64,000 bases of DNA from a virus. Its lineage: Duplodnaviria; Caudoviricetes. Positions 17,224 to 26,322 of the stretch are shown one piece after another. Every line of letters starts with the position of its first letter. The stretch's first letter is position 1. A program made the translations under genes and the position numbers. Under the pieces are notes generated by a model. That model saw nothing but the letters and a program-made list of their open reading frames with translations. It made no database searches and had not been told where the DNA came from. The stretch is from positions 32,001 to 96,000 of IMG/VR virus record IMGVR_UViG_3300020576_005257; one strand, 5' to 3'.

Positions 17224-18587
17224 TCTACATTGGTGGGGAAATTGCTATCAAGAATTGTCCAACACATATTGCTCAGCAATTAAAGTTTCAAGCTACTTTA
17301 CCCAACCCTAAATACTATATGTGGGAAGCTAAAGCTTCCAAGAATAGTTGGTATAAAGATAATGTCTTACAACCTGAGAGAAACTATGTATACTGGAGGG
17401 AGAGTAAAGGTAATTTATATTTACCCAGAGGTATGTGGGATGCTGTTCTTTCTCTTTTACCAAATGCTAAAATTGTATCTTTACTAGTAGACCCCAAACC
17501 AGTTTCTCCCTTCCAGTTTAATGGTAAGTCATGGTATGGTCAAGCAGAAGCAGTAGACTCTGCATTACAACATAATTTTGGTTATGTACTAGGTCCTACT
17601 GGAAGTGGTAAAACATCTATAGGAATCCAAATTGCATGTAAACTTGGTTTAACTACTTTATTTATGGTTCATACTGATGCTTTATTACAGCAAGCTTATG
17701 AAAGAGTAGAAAAGTTTACTGGGTATACTCCTGGTTTAATAGGTGGTGGTAACTGGAATGTTAAAGATTTTACTATTGGTACCTTTCAAACCATATATAA
17801 AAAAGATTGTAGTTCTATTAAGAACAGCTTTGGCTTGGTAATTGCTGATGAATTTCATCATATGCAAGCTGAAACCTTTTTTGCAGCCGTTAGAAAGTTT
17901 AACTCTTTACATGCTTATGGTTTAACAGCTACTGATACTGGTAAGATGAAGTATATCAACTTGGCTCTTGGTCAGAAAGTAGCTGAAGTTGATAGAAAAG
18001 GTTTAGTTGAAGCTAAAACTATTTTGGAGGCTGAAGTATATGTAATCAAAACAGGATATAAAACTAAAAAAGAATATGAGAACTACGATCTTGCAAAGTT
18101 ATATACTGAGTTAGCTTCCTCTCCCAAAAGAAATAGTTTTGTTCTTGATCTTATAAAGAGCATACAGCCTGGAAGAAGAACTGTTATTGCTTCTCATAGA
18201 ATTGATCAACTGGATTGGTTTTATGAGCAATTAAAAGAATTTAATCCTGTATTATATCATGGAAAATTAAAAACCAAACAAAAAAAAATCTCTTTTGATA
18301 GAATGCAGAATGATGATGATAATCGTATAGTTCTAACTACTGTTCAGATTATTCAAGAAGGTTTTGATGCCCCCCATTGGGATCAATTAGTTATGGCTAC
18401 TCCTATTGGTGGGAGAGATGGCGTAGAACAACTTATTGGTAGAGTTGTTAGGAAGTCAGAAGGTAAGATGACTCCAAGAGTATTTGATCTGTTAGATAAT
18501 TCAATCTTAACAGAAACATGGCTTAACAATAGACTAAATAGATACGAGAAACTAAATGCAAAAGTCCACTTCGACAAAACGTTTTGA
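17211..18587 (+). CDS. superfamily 2 helicase (XPB/UvsW-like)
   Basis: GPTGSGKT, DEFHH, GLTAT, EGFDAP and QLIGRVVR motifs. Confidence 0.92.
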   Translation: METIIYIGGEIAIKNCPTHIAQQLKFQATLPNPKYYMWEAKASKNSWYKDNVLQPERNYVYWRESKGNLYLPRGMWDAVLSLLPNAKIVSLLVDPKPVSPFQFNGKSWYGQAEAVDSALQHNFGYVLGPTGSGKTSIGIQIACKLGLTTLFMVHTDALLQQAYERVEKFTGYTPGLIGGGNWNVKDFTIGTFQTIYKKDCSSIKNSFGLVIADEFHHMQAETFFAAVRKFNSLHAYGLTATDTGKMKYINLALGQKVAEVDRKGLVEAKTILEAEVYVIKTGYKTKKEYENYDLAKLYTELASSPKRNSFVLDLIKSIQPGRRTVIASHRIDQLDWFYEQLKEFNPVLYHGKLKTKQKKISFDRMQNDDDNRIVLTTVQIIQEGFDAPHWDQLVMATPIGGRDGVEQLIGRVVRKSEGKMTPRVFDLLDNSILTETWLNNRLNRYEKLNAKVHFDKTF

Positions 18588-19815
18588 ACCACTAACTTCT
18601 ATCCGTAGAATCAAGGATTATGAATTGCCTAAAACAATTCAACTTGCTGGGGAGGATACACCTATTCCAAAAAGACTTAGAAGAAAAGACATTTCTTATA
18701 CCTATATCACTGGTCCTGATGGAGCTGTTAAGCTTACTAGAACCTGTTGGATTACTCAGTCTTTATCTCATCTACTTAACGCTCAACGATTTAATGTTGA
18801 TGGCGAATTGTATGATAAAGAGAATCCTCATGGTTCCTTGACAACTTATGTTAATGAATTAATTCTAGCTAAAGAATGTGCTTTATCAACTATTGCTAGA
18901 ATGATTAAAGATGATGTTCTTAAAGACAAGAAAGGCCCAGGATTCATGGCTTTTGTACAATCTAATGAGAACGTTCCTGTAGGAAGTATTTTAATTACAG
19001 AAAGAACTTTACGGACTTTTCTAGTTCCACACAACAAAAATTGGAAGGATGCAAGTAAGGTCATCGTTACTAGGTTTCCCAACTTAGGTCCTAATACTAC
19101 AATTGAACTTAATTTATTAGTTCAAAAAGCTCCTAACAATTCCTATAAAGAGAATGCTTTAACTGAGCAATTAAAAGTGTTCTTGGATGAGAATATCGGT
19201 GTTCTTGAAGATGCAGAAGATTTAATGGATCCAGTATTCATTCACCCAGACATTTTGAAAGATTGTTTACAGGGTGATGGAGACGGAGATACTGTTTATT
19301 CTGTTATTTCAGAACAGAATGGAGTAAATTTTACTGACCTATCTCTTCTTAGAAATCCTGGCGAAGATCAGTTATTTGAAGATGAAATTGAGAAAGCTTT
19401 ACAAAAAGCTTCCAGATATGACGGTAAAACTATTTCTAATTATTTACCTCAACTATTTGATCAGTCTCCTATTGGTCCAGCCACCTATGCCATTAGAATG
19501 CAGGTTCACCAATTAGCTAAATCTCTTAAAGGAACTTGTGATCACCCAATGCATGAAGCTTGGAAACAGGTTGCTCCTTGGGCTATTGAGTTGATTGAGT
19601 TTGTTATGGATATTCGCAAAGGAGATTATACTACTGAGCAAATCCAAGATAATTTAAACCAAATTTCTGCGTGGAGTATAGCAATTAAAAAGGCTAAAGA
19701 AGATGGTTGTTGGTTTGCTAAAACTGTAACTACTAGTGATATTGGTTCCATAGAAGATTTTATAGAAACATTCCCAACACTTCAAGACTATGCAGATACC
19801 ATTTATGTTCAATGA
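18556..19815 (+). CDS. two-barrel RNA polymerase catalytic (beta-prime-like) subunit, highly reduced
   Basis: VIVTRFPNL (cf. VLLNRAPTL) and FIHPDILKDCLQGDGDGDTVY (cf. [20 protein letters not shown]); DxDGD at 19276-19290. Confidence 0.8.
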   Translation: MQKSTSTKRFEPLTSIRRIKDYELPKTIQLAGEDTPIPKRLRRKDISYTYITGPDGAVKLTRTCWITQSLSHLLNAQRFNVDGELYDKENPHGSLTTYVNELILAKECALSTIARMIKDDVLKDKKGPGFMAFVQSNENVPVGSILITERTLRTFLVPHNKNWKDASKVIVTRFPNLGPNTTIELNLLVQKAPNNSYKENALTEQLKVFLDENIGVLEDAEDLMDPVFIHPDILKDCLQGDGDGDTVYSVISEQNGVNFTDLSLLRNPGEDQLFEDEIEKALQKASRYDGKTISNYLPQLFDQSPIGPATYAIRMQVHQLAKSLKGTCDHPMHEAWKQVAPWAIELIEFVMDIRKGDYTTEQIQDNLNQISAWSIAIKKAKEDGCWFAKTVTTSDIGSIEDFIETFPTLQDYADTIYVQ

Positions 19816-20045
19816 AACATTTCATTAGCTCGTCATCCAAACCTAATTGTGCTTGTGGTAAAGAAGAACTTAATATATTTAGTTCTGAAGCTAGTCCTAT
19901 AGGGCTTTCAAATGATCTAGTTGATTTAAAGGAAGGATTTGATCCTTTCATTGTTAAATCTTTTTGTTCATGTGCTACAATACATACCTTCAAAGTTTTT
20001 GAAGGCAAGGAAAATCTCACTCCAATCTTCGTTAAACAACCATGA
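19812..20045 (+). CDS. small CxC...CxC Zn-ribbon-like protein between the RNAP subunits
   Basis: PNCACG...FCSCAT; ATGA overlaps with both RNAP-like genes. Confidence 0.55.
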   Translation: MKHFISSSSKPNCACGKEELNIFSSEASPIGLSNDLVDLKEGFDPFIVKSFCSCATIHTFKVFEGKENLTPIFVKQP

Positions 20046-21472
20046 GCGAACTCTTCAAAGTTAATTGTTCTCCGTATCTAGGCAGTGTTGAACAGCTGTC
20101 TCCTGAAATTGTTACTCTTTTATCTACCAGAGGAGATGTACAAGTTGCATCTTCTCCTAAAATAGTAACACCTATTCTTACTTATGACGAAGATGGGGAT
20201 TTTACATTTACAAAGGCTAGTACTATTGTAAGTAAAGCAATCCCAGAAAATAAGTATTACTCAGGATCTAAGGAATATTCTCCTGAACGGATTGCTGATG
20301 TAATTTACTCTAGAACACAAAAGAATCTAGAATCTTATCCTTTTCTACCTACCTACAAAAATGGAGATAAAACATCTTATCATCCATTAGCTCTTTTAAA
20401 TTATTACGATTTAGTCCGGTTACAACCAAGCCCCGAACTTGCTACTAGACTTATGAGAGAAGATTTCAATGGTCAAGGTAAACTAAAGGCTAGTAGTTTA
20501 GACAAGTTAAACCAAAGATTTTTTCACTTTTTTAAGAAAGAACTGGATCTTTATTCAGTTCCAAAAAGAGAAATTGGTACTTTCTGTAATATAGCTTATA
20601 CAGGAAACTTCAATCGACTAGCCTGGCATCTTGGTTTTGGAATGGCAAACTGCATTCCAAGAGATAGAATTGCTAGAGAGGCAAGTAGTCTTAAATCTGC
20701 TGAACGATTTCTAAATCCAGTTGAAGTACCTTTTGGTGATTTTCCTAAATTCTGTGGTCCATATATTACTATGCTTCGTGTAGCTTTTATAGCTACTGAA
20801 ACAAGTATGCTTGACTCAGGAGATCTCATGCCAAGTGCTTTTCCTAGAATTGCTTGTAAGCTATCCAAAATTCACAAAATTAAGGATCTAAAAGCTGCAC
20901 AAGAACAGTTTGGTTCCTTAAATATATCTAAACAAGCATCTAGAGCTGGTATTGAGTTGACTCATGATATTCTGGAAGAGTATGACGAAACTCATTTGCA
21001 TCCTGGTGCTATAAGATTTGTATTTCCAGGTGGTCTTAAAGTTAATACTCACTGCTTAGATACTAAAATCCAAGCTTATACTAATGATCAAGAAGAAGTT
21101 GACTTGTTGCTTGATATTAGAAGTATTACTTCTAAAGGTGCTGCTGTACTTTTAGCTATGCAGGATCCAAGATTTGCTGGAAAAGATATGAATTTTGAGG
21201 AGTTACGTCAAGTTATTCCTCAACTCAAAAAACAACAAGTTAGGGTAGGTGCTATGAAGTACTCTGCCTACGTTGGCTGGTTACCAGTGATGAGACCTGG
21301 CCAACGCTATACTGATTTTAGCAAGCCTACTAATGACATTCCAAATGACATTATTGCTAAAGCTATTATGAAACAACGATTTGACATCCCAGAAGAGCTT
21401 GAAAAGCACTATGCTGAGATGGTTCAATATGTCTCCTCCCTTACGAGTGAAATCAATGCTATCCAAAGTTAA
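20042..21472 (+). CDS. two-barrel RNA polymerase beta-like subunit, highly reduced
   Basis: Motifs in canonical beta order: LRVAFIATETSMLDSGDL (cf. VAFMPWNGYNFEDSIL), PGAIRFVFPGGLKVN (cf. GDKMAGRHGNKGV), DQEEVDLLLDIRSITSK (cf. GTPVDIVLNPLGVPSR), AYVGWLPVMR (cf. VTVGYMYMLK). Confidence 0.7.
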   Translation: MSELFKVNCSPYLGSVEQLSPEIVTLLSTRGDVQVASSPKIVTPILTYDEDGDFTFTKASTIVSKAIPENKYYSGSKEYSPERIADVIYSRTQKNLESYPFLPTYKNGDKTSYHPLALLNYYDLVRLQPSPELATRLMREDFNGQGKLKASSLDKLNQRFFHFFKKELDLYSVPKREIGTFCNIAYTGNFNRLAWHLGFGMANCIPRDRIAREASSLKSAERFLNPVEVPFGDFPKFCGPYITMLRVAFIATETSMLDSGDLMPSAFPRIACKLSKIHKIKDLKAAQEQFGSLNISKQASRAGIELTHDILEEYDETHLHPGAIRFVFPGGLKVNTHCLDTKIQAYTNDQEEVDLLLDIRSITSKGAAVLLAMQDPRFAGKDMNFEELRQVIPQLKKQQVRVGAMKYSAYVGWLPVMRPGQRYTDFSKPTNDIPNDIIAKAIMKQRFDIPEELEKHYAEMVQYVSSLTSEINAIQS

Positions 21473-22661
21473 CGTTACCACTGCTCTTCGTCTTGCCCAA
21501 CGGTGCTATAATCTTCAACAACTAACGGGTGAAAGATATGTTCTTAACTTGTTAGGCCCTGCTGGACAAGGAAAAACTGCACTTAATAATGATCATAGAG
21601 ATCATTTGGCTAATTTATTAGTAAATCGTACAGTTGCTTTGAAGTCTTATAGACTTAATCAATCAGATCCTACCGATCTTAAGGGAGTTCCTATGTATCA
21701 TGAAAATGAAGATGGACTCAAAACTTGTGAATGGGCAGTTCCTCAAATCTTTCCAGTTATTGGTTCTCCTCATTCTGGAAAGGCTGACTTTACTTTATTC
21801 TTATTTGATGAGTTTAATCAAGCTGCACAATCTATGCAGAACTTGGCTGCTAATGTTATTGATCAAGTAGTCGGAGATCAGACTCTTGATTATACACGTT
21901 ACCAGATTATCCTTGCTGGAAATAGGACTGAGGATGGTGCTGCTGTTTATGCTTTGCCTACTAATTTGAAAACTCGTCTTATTACAGTACAACTTGAAAA
22001 TACTTTAGATGATTGGATTAAATGGGCCACTCAAAATAATATTCATCCTGGTATTATTGGTTATCTAAAGAATTTTAGTATAGCTTTCAATGATACTACT
22101 TCAACTTCTGAGTATTCATCCCATCCTAACCCTAGAACCTGGCATCGTCTTAGTAGTGATATTACTTTCCATGACGATTGGGCAGCTGATGAAGATTCAA
22201 GAATCATGGCTATAGGTCTTCTTGGTGAGAAGGTTGGCAGTGCTTTTTATTCCTTCTTCCAGAAGTTCTCAGCTGAGTTTTCTATTGACAAAATCATGGA
22301 ACAAGGTGGTAAAGTAGAGATGAATTACAAAGAACTTGAGTTTGTATATACTATTATAGTTGAACTAGCTTATAGGGTAACTAAAATTCTACAAACTGCT
22401 ATGGAAAGTTTGTCACCTGATGATAGAAAAGATAGTGAGGCTGTATCCTCAATATTAACTCATCAAGATTACCAACATATTCTTAATGTTTATGATTGGC
22501 TCCATTCAGCTGATTTTCCTAAACCAATTAAACTTCTTCTAGGCACCTTTATTAATCAAACTGAGTATAATATGCTTATGAGATTAATTAGATTAGATCC
22601 CAAACTTGACAAAGCTGGTATTCAATATTCAGAGATAACTAAGCAGCTTCATGCTATCTAA
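21456..22661 (+). CDS. MoxR-like AAA+ ATPase
   Basis: GPAGQGKT, DPTDLKGVP, FLFDEFNQA, ILAGNR, NLKTRL and PNPRTW. The ATG at 21456 (MLSKVNV) is a more plausible start than 21381. Confidence 0.88.
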   Translation: MLSKVNVTTALRLAQRCYNLQQLTGERYVLNLLGPAGQGKTALNNDHRDHLANLLVNRTVALKSYRLNQSDPTDLKGVPMYHENEDGLKTCEWAVPQIFPVIGSPHSGKADFTLFLFDEFNQAAQSMQNLAANVIDQVVGDQTLDYTRYQIILAGNRTEDGAAVYALPTNLKTRLITVQLENTLDDWIKWATQNNIHPGIIGYLKNFSIAFNDTTSTSEYSSHPNPRTWHRLSSDITFHDDWAADEDSRIMAIGLLGEKVGSAFYSFFQKFSAEFSIDKIMEQGGKVEMNYKELEFVYTIIVELAYRVTKILQTAMESLSPDDRKDSEAVSSILTHQDYQHILNVYDWLHSADFPKPIKLLLGTFINQTEYNMLMRLIRLDPKLDKAGIQYSEITKQLHAI

Positions 22662-22667
22662 AAAACA

Positions 22668-23882
22668 ATGATTCCTGAATTTCGAGCAGAAATAAACTAT
22701 CCAGAAGCTAAGCCTGAGTGGAAACAGGCTCTTCTGGATTGTGTTGAGACAGATTTGTCTCAACTTATTCGTAATGCCCCTTGGGTTAGTATGATTCTAG
22801 CCAACTTAGAAGTCATAGGTATTACTTCTAGACTAGCTAATATATCTGTTAGAAGGCTTTCTTTAAATTGTTGGCCTAAAGCTGAAGGAAATGAGGCAGG
22901 TACTTGTTACTATGAGTACCCAAAACCAGAGAGATATACTTTGTTAAATCACTTAGTAACTCACTTAGTTTTCAAACACACCTCTATCCCAGAAGGATTG
23001 GATGACGGTTTAGTAGTAATTAGTCAGGATGCTACTGTTAACAACGCCATTAAGAATAGTGCTAATTCAAAGCTAAGTAGCTTCCCAGGACATATAACAA
23101 CTAATAGTGCAGGAGATACGTTAATTATTGGTGAGTTTGAAATTAAAATTCCCCAAATTGATTCTTTAGATTGGAAGGAACTTTATAACATTCTTTTTGA
23201 CCATGGTCTTGATACTACTGGTTGGGAATCTGATATAGAAAATGATCCTAATATTCTCCCTGAAGAGATAGAGAAGTTTGAGGATAAGGTCATTTCTGTT
23301 CTAACTCAAATGGAAGACAAGATCCCCGATCCTTATAAGAGACATTTATGGAAAATGTTAACTCCTAAGGTTACTTGGGCTGACAAAATAAGAATGATTC
23401 TTAATAGTATTGTTGGTAGAACTGATTTCTCCTACAATCCTAATCCTAGAAAAATTCATATTGGTATTCTTCCAACTATCACTAAACCTGCTGGTGGTAC
23501 AGTGTTTCTTGCTTTTGATACTTCAGCTAGTATGAGCAGAGAAGAAATTGAACAGGGCATTGCAGAAGCTAGACAAATCCAAAAACAATTTGGCTGTGCT
23601 ATGGAAATCATAGTTTGTGATCAAGAAGTTACTAAGATACATAGCTTTGATGGTTCTTCTGAACTTGGTTGGGCAGACTTAGAAATGCCTGGTCAAAGAG
23701 GAACAAGTTTTGTTCCAGTGTTTGATTACATAGCTGAAACTAAAGGACCAGCACCATCAGTTCTGGTATACTGTACTGATCTGGAAGGACACTTTCCTGA
23801 TAAAGGACCCAGTTATCCAGTTATTTGGTTAACCAAGAATCAAAATCATCCAGTGCCATTTGGTAAAATAGTACTAGTCTAA
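22668..23882 (+). CDS. DUF2201-type metallopeptidase-like plus vWA domain protein (MoxR partner)
   Basis: vWA MIDAS DTSASMS, GTSFVPVF, YCTDLEG, YPVIW. The N-terminal HExxH position reads HLVTH. Confidence 0.85.
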   Translation: MIPEFRAEINYPEAKPEWKQALLDCVETDLSQLIRNAPWVSMILANLEVIGITSRLANISVRRLSLNCWPKAEGNEAGTCYYEYPKPERYTLLNHLVTHLVFKHTSIPEGLDDGLVVISQDATVNNAIKNSANSKLSSFPGHITTNSAGDTLIIGEFEIKIPQIDSLDWKELYNILFDHGLDTTGWESDIENDPNILPEEIEKFEDKVISVLTQMEDKIPDPYKRHLWKMLTPKVTWADKIRMILNSIVGRTDFSYNPNPRKIHIGILPTITKPAGGTVFLAFDTSASMSREEIEQGIAEARQIQKQFGCAMEIIVCDQEVTKIHSFDGSSELGWADLEMPGQRGTSFVPVFDYIAETKGPAPSVLVYCTDLEGHFPDKGPSYPVIWLTKNQNHPVPFGKIVLV

Positions 23883-24658
23883 TGTCCCATAAAAGACCTA
23901 AATATAATCCTAAAGCCCAGACTAAAGTTCCAACTTTAGGCTTCTATAGGAAGGTTCAAAACTATGAACAGAATCAGATTAAATCTGGTTCTGTTCTCAT
24001 AGACAGAGTTTTATCATTAAAGAAAGGGGAAAGTTTACTTATTAAGACTGAACCTTATTCTGGAGGGTCAGCTGTATGTTTTGAATATGCCAGCTATTTC
24101 ACTAAAAATTTTGACGGGTACTGTTTATACATAGACTGCAATGATTCCTTCTTACCTTCCAGAACTTCTGATATTGATTTAGAAAAACTTATCCATATTA
24201 GGCCTAATTCTTCTCAACAGGTAATTGATGTTATAAAGGAATTTGCTGTTTTAGATAAGGAGTTTCTTATTATCTTAGACAATCCTTTCTTATTAAAAGA
24301 TGGTCCAACTATTAGTAATTTTCTTGTTACTATTAGAAAGATTCTTCCACATTGTACTATTATAGCTACTGAAAGAATATTAAAGAAACATACAGATGTT
24401 TGGAATAAAGTTTGTACTTTAGGTTTTAAACAAAGACATTACGTAGAAAGAGATTTGATTGGTCATACTATATCTCTGAAAATAGGTTTAGAAGAAATAG
24501 TACATTACTTATCTTATAAGTATGGTAGATTATCAAAAGTTTATGAGCATATGATTTTGGATATTGAAGAAAACAATAAAACCAAAGGTGATGTTTTTGA
24601 ATTTGACGGCTATGTAGTTAGAGGTTTCTGGTCAATGTTGAAAACTATTGAGATGTAA
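23882..24658 (+). CDS. degenerate RecA/RadB-like protein
   Basis: IKSGSVLIDRVL, EPYSGGSA (Walker A without Lys), CLYIDCNDSF, IDLEKLIHIRP, LIILDN. Confidence 0.65.
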   Translation: MSHKRPKYNPKAQTKVPTLGFYRKVQNYEQNQIKSGSVLIDRVLSLKKGESLLIKTEPYSGGSAVCFEYASYFTKNFDGYCLYIDCNDSFLPSRTSDIDLEKLIHIRPNSSQQVIDVIKEFAVLDKEFLIILDNPFLLKDGPTISNFLVTIRKILPHCTIIATERILKKHTDVWNKVCTLGFKQRHYVERDLIGHTISLKIGLEEIVHYLSYKYGRLSKVYEHMILDIEENNKTKGDVFEFDGYVVRGFWSMLKTIEM

Positions 24659-24660
24659 TT

Positions 24661-24927
24661 ATGGGCGATTTCTTTGTTTGCCATTGTGGTTTTTGTAAAT
24701 TACCAGTTACTAAAGAAGAAGGTTTAGTAATTACCGATCCTGACAATTATAAATACCGTGGTGTACTTTTCCACAAACAATGTTTGTATTTTATAGAACA
24801 TCCGCCAACTTTTGGTGTGCTTTATGTTTTACAAAACTCTAGACTTTCATCTTATGACCTAAACAGAAATGCATTAGAATGGTATAATAAGAATAATATG
24901 TCTAACGTTTATTTGGAAATTAGTTAA
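24661..24927 (+). CDS. Zn-finger protein, tandem paralog 1
   Basis: CGFCKLPV...FHKQC...WY...VYLEIS. Confidence 0.7.
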   Translation: MGDFFVCHCGFCKLPVTKEEGLVITDPDNYKYRGVLFHKQCLYFIEHPPTFGVLYVLQNSRLSSYDLNRNALEWYNKNNMSNVYLEIS

Positions 24928-24929
24928 TT

Positions 24930-25229
24930 ATGAATTATCAGCCTTTTGACTTTACCCACTTACAATCTAGCTTTTCAAAAATTCTAGAATTTAAAACCAG
25001 CAACTATAAGGGAGCCTCTTATTGTTCTGGTTGTAAAAAACCAATAGTAGATGAAGAGCCAACCCTAGATGAACGTGGGTATCATTTTCATGAGTGTTGT
25101 TTAGCTTACTCTAAAACTTTACCTCAACAAGACGATTCTGTATTTTGGGGATGTTTAGGAAGATTTACTTTTGCTGAAGCCTATGATTGGTATAAAGCTC
25201 ATCCTAAAATATATTTGAGGATTGAATAA
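24930..25229 (+). CDS. Zn-finger protein, tandem paralog 2
   Basis: CSGCKKPI...FHECC...WY...IYLRIE. Confidence 0.7.
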   Translation: MNYQPFDFTHLQSSFSKILEFKTSNYKGASYCSGCKKPIVDEEPTLDERGYHFHECCLAYSKTLPQQDDSVFWGCLGRFTFAEAYDWYKAHPKIYLRIE

Positions 25230-25231
25230 TT

Positions 25232-25507
25232 ATGTGGGAAAACGTCTCTTCAATTACCAAAATTGCCGATCACGACTATACTTGTTACTGTTGTGGTACC
25301 CCAATATATCAAAACTTTGACTATGTTACCGTTACTGGGACTTATGATGGAGCTTTTATGTCGGTAAAATATCATACTCCTTGTCATAAGTACTTAGAAT
25401 GGTATGGTGTTATTATGCCACAAGAACATGGATTTAATTATCATTTTATTCTTAGTTGGTATAAAAAGATGCATCCACCTCCAACTTACTATTTGAGCAT
25501 TCAATAA
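25232..25507 (+). CDS. Zn-finger protein, tandem paralog 3
   Basis: CYCCGTPI...YHTPC...WY...YYLSIQ. Confidence 0.7.
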   Translation: MWENVSSITKIADHDYTCYCCGTPIYQNFDYVTVTGTYDGAFMSVKYHTPCHKYLEWYGVIMPQEHGFNYHFILSWYKKMHPPPTYYLSIQ

Positions 25508-25509
25508 TT

Positions 25510-25833
25510 ATGTGGCACCATTTAAAAACTAAACATCATAAAGCTAAGAAGCGACACACATGTTATGCTTGTGGTTCTCCTATAATGCCTAATGAGCTTT
25601 ACGCTTATATCACAGGTATAATTGATGGACATGAGTTTCAAGTAATGAAATTACATGGATGCTGTCACGAATATGCAAACTACATTGAGTGGAATGATGG
25701 TGAAGGTATTTACGAGTCTGATTGGAATTACAATTCTATAGAAGAATGGTATGATGAAGAGATGCGCCGAAAAGAACAATATAGAATTAATAAAATTAAA
25801 AGCCTAGGCGGAGTATATTTACAAATAACATAG
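25510..25833 (+). CDS. Zn-finger protein, tandem paralog 4
   Basis: CYACGSPI...LHGCC...WY...VYLQIT. Confidence 0.7.
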   Translation: MWHHLKTKHHKAKKRHTCYACGSPIMPNELYAYITGIIDGHEFQVMKLHGCCHEYANYIEWNDGEGIYESDWNYNSIEEWYDEEMRRKEQYRINKIKSLGGVYLQIT

Positions 25834-25834
25834 T

Positions 25835-26320
25835 ATGGATACATTGAAATTTTTTAAGTTAAGAGAAGACGCAGTTATACCAGAGATTAAGACTGAAGGA
25901 TCTGTAGGGTATGATATTACTATCTTGGAATTTGCTAAGCAGCTTTCTCAGGATGTATTTTTATTTCATACAGGATTAGTTGCTATTGCTCCTAAAGGTT
26001 ATCATCTAGAATTAATACCTAGAAGTTCTATTAGCAAAACTGATTGGAGCCTTGCTAATTCAGTTGGAGTAATTGATCAAGATTATCGTGGAGAAATTTT
26101 GGTGGCTTTAAGGTATAATGGAGAGTATTCGTATACTGGCGAACAAGTAGGCATGGAAGTAAAATTTGGAATTGAGTTAGATAAACTACTCAAACCTCTT
26201 GATATGCCTAATAGAATAGCTCAGCTTATTCTTAGAACAACTCATGTACCACCTGTTGAAGAGATTTTTAGTCTTGATGAAACTGAGAGGGGAGATGGTG
26301 GTTTTGGGAGCACCAATTAA
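25835..26320 (+). CDS. dut: trimeric dUTPase
   Basis: GSVGYD, PRSS, GVIDQDYRGEI, RIAQL and RGDGGFGST motifs. Confidence 0.96.
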   Translation: MDTLKFFKLREDAVIPEIKTEGSVGYDITILEFAKQLSQDVFLFHTGLVAIAPKGYHLELIPRSSISKTDWSLANSVGVIDQDYRGEILVALRYNGEYSYTGEQVGMEVKFGIELDKLLKPLDMPNRIAQLILRTTHVPPVEEIFSLDETERGDGGFGSTN

Positions 26321-26322
26321 AA

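Noticed and set aside
8202-18290. Other long A-runs (near 8203 and 18280) as frameshift sites
   Set aside because: I saw no compositional sign of dual coding after them, and such runs are expected in Lys-rich, AT-rich genes.
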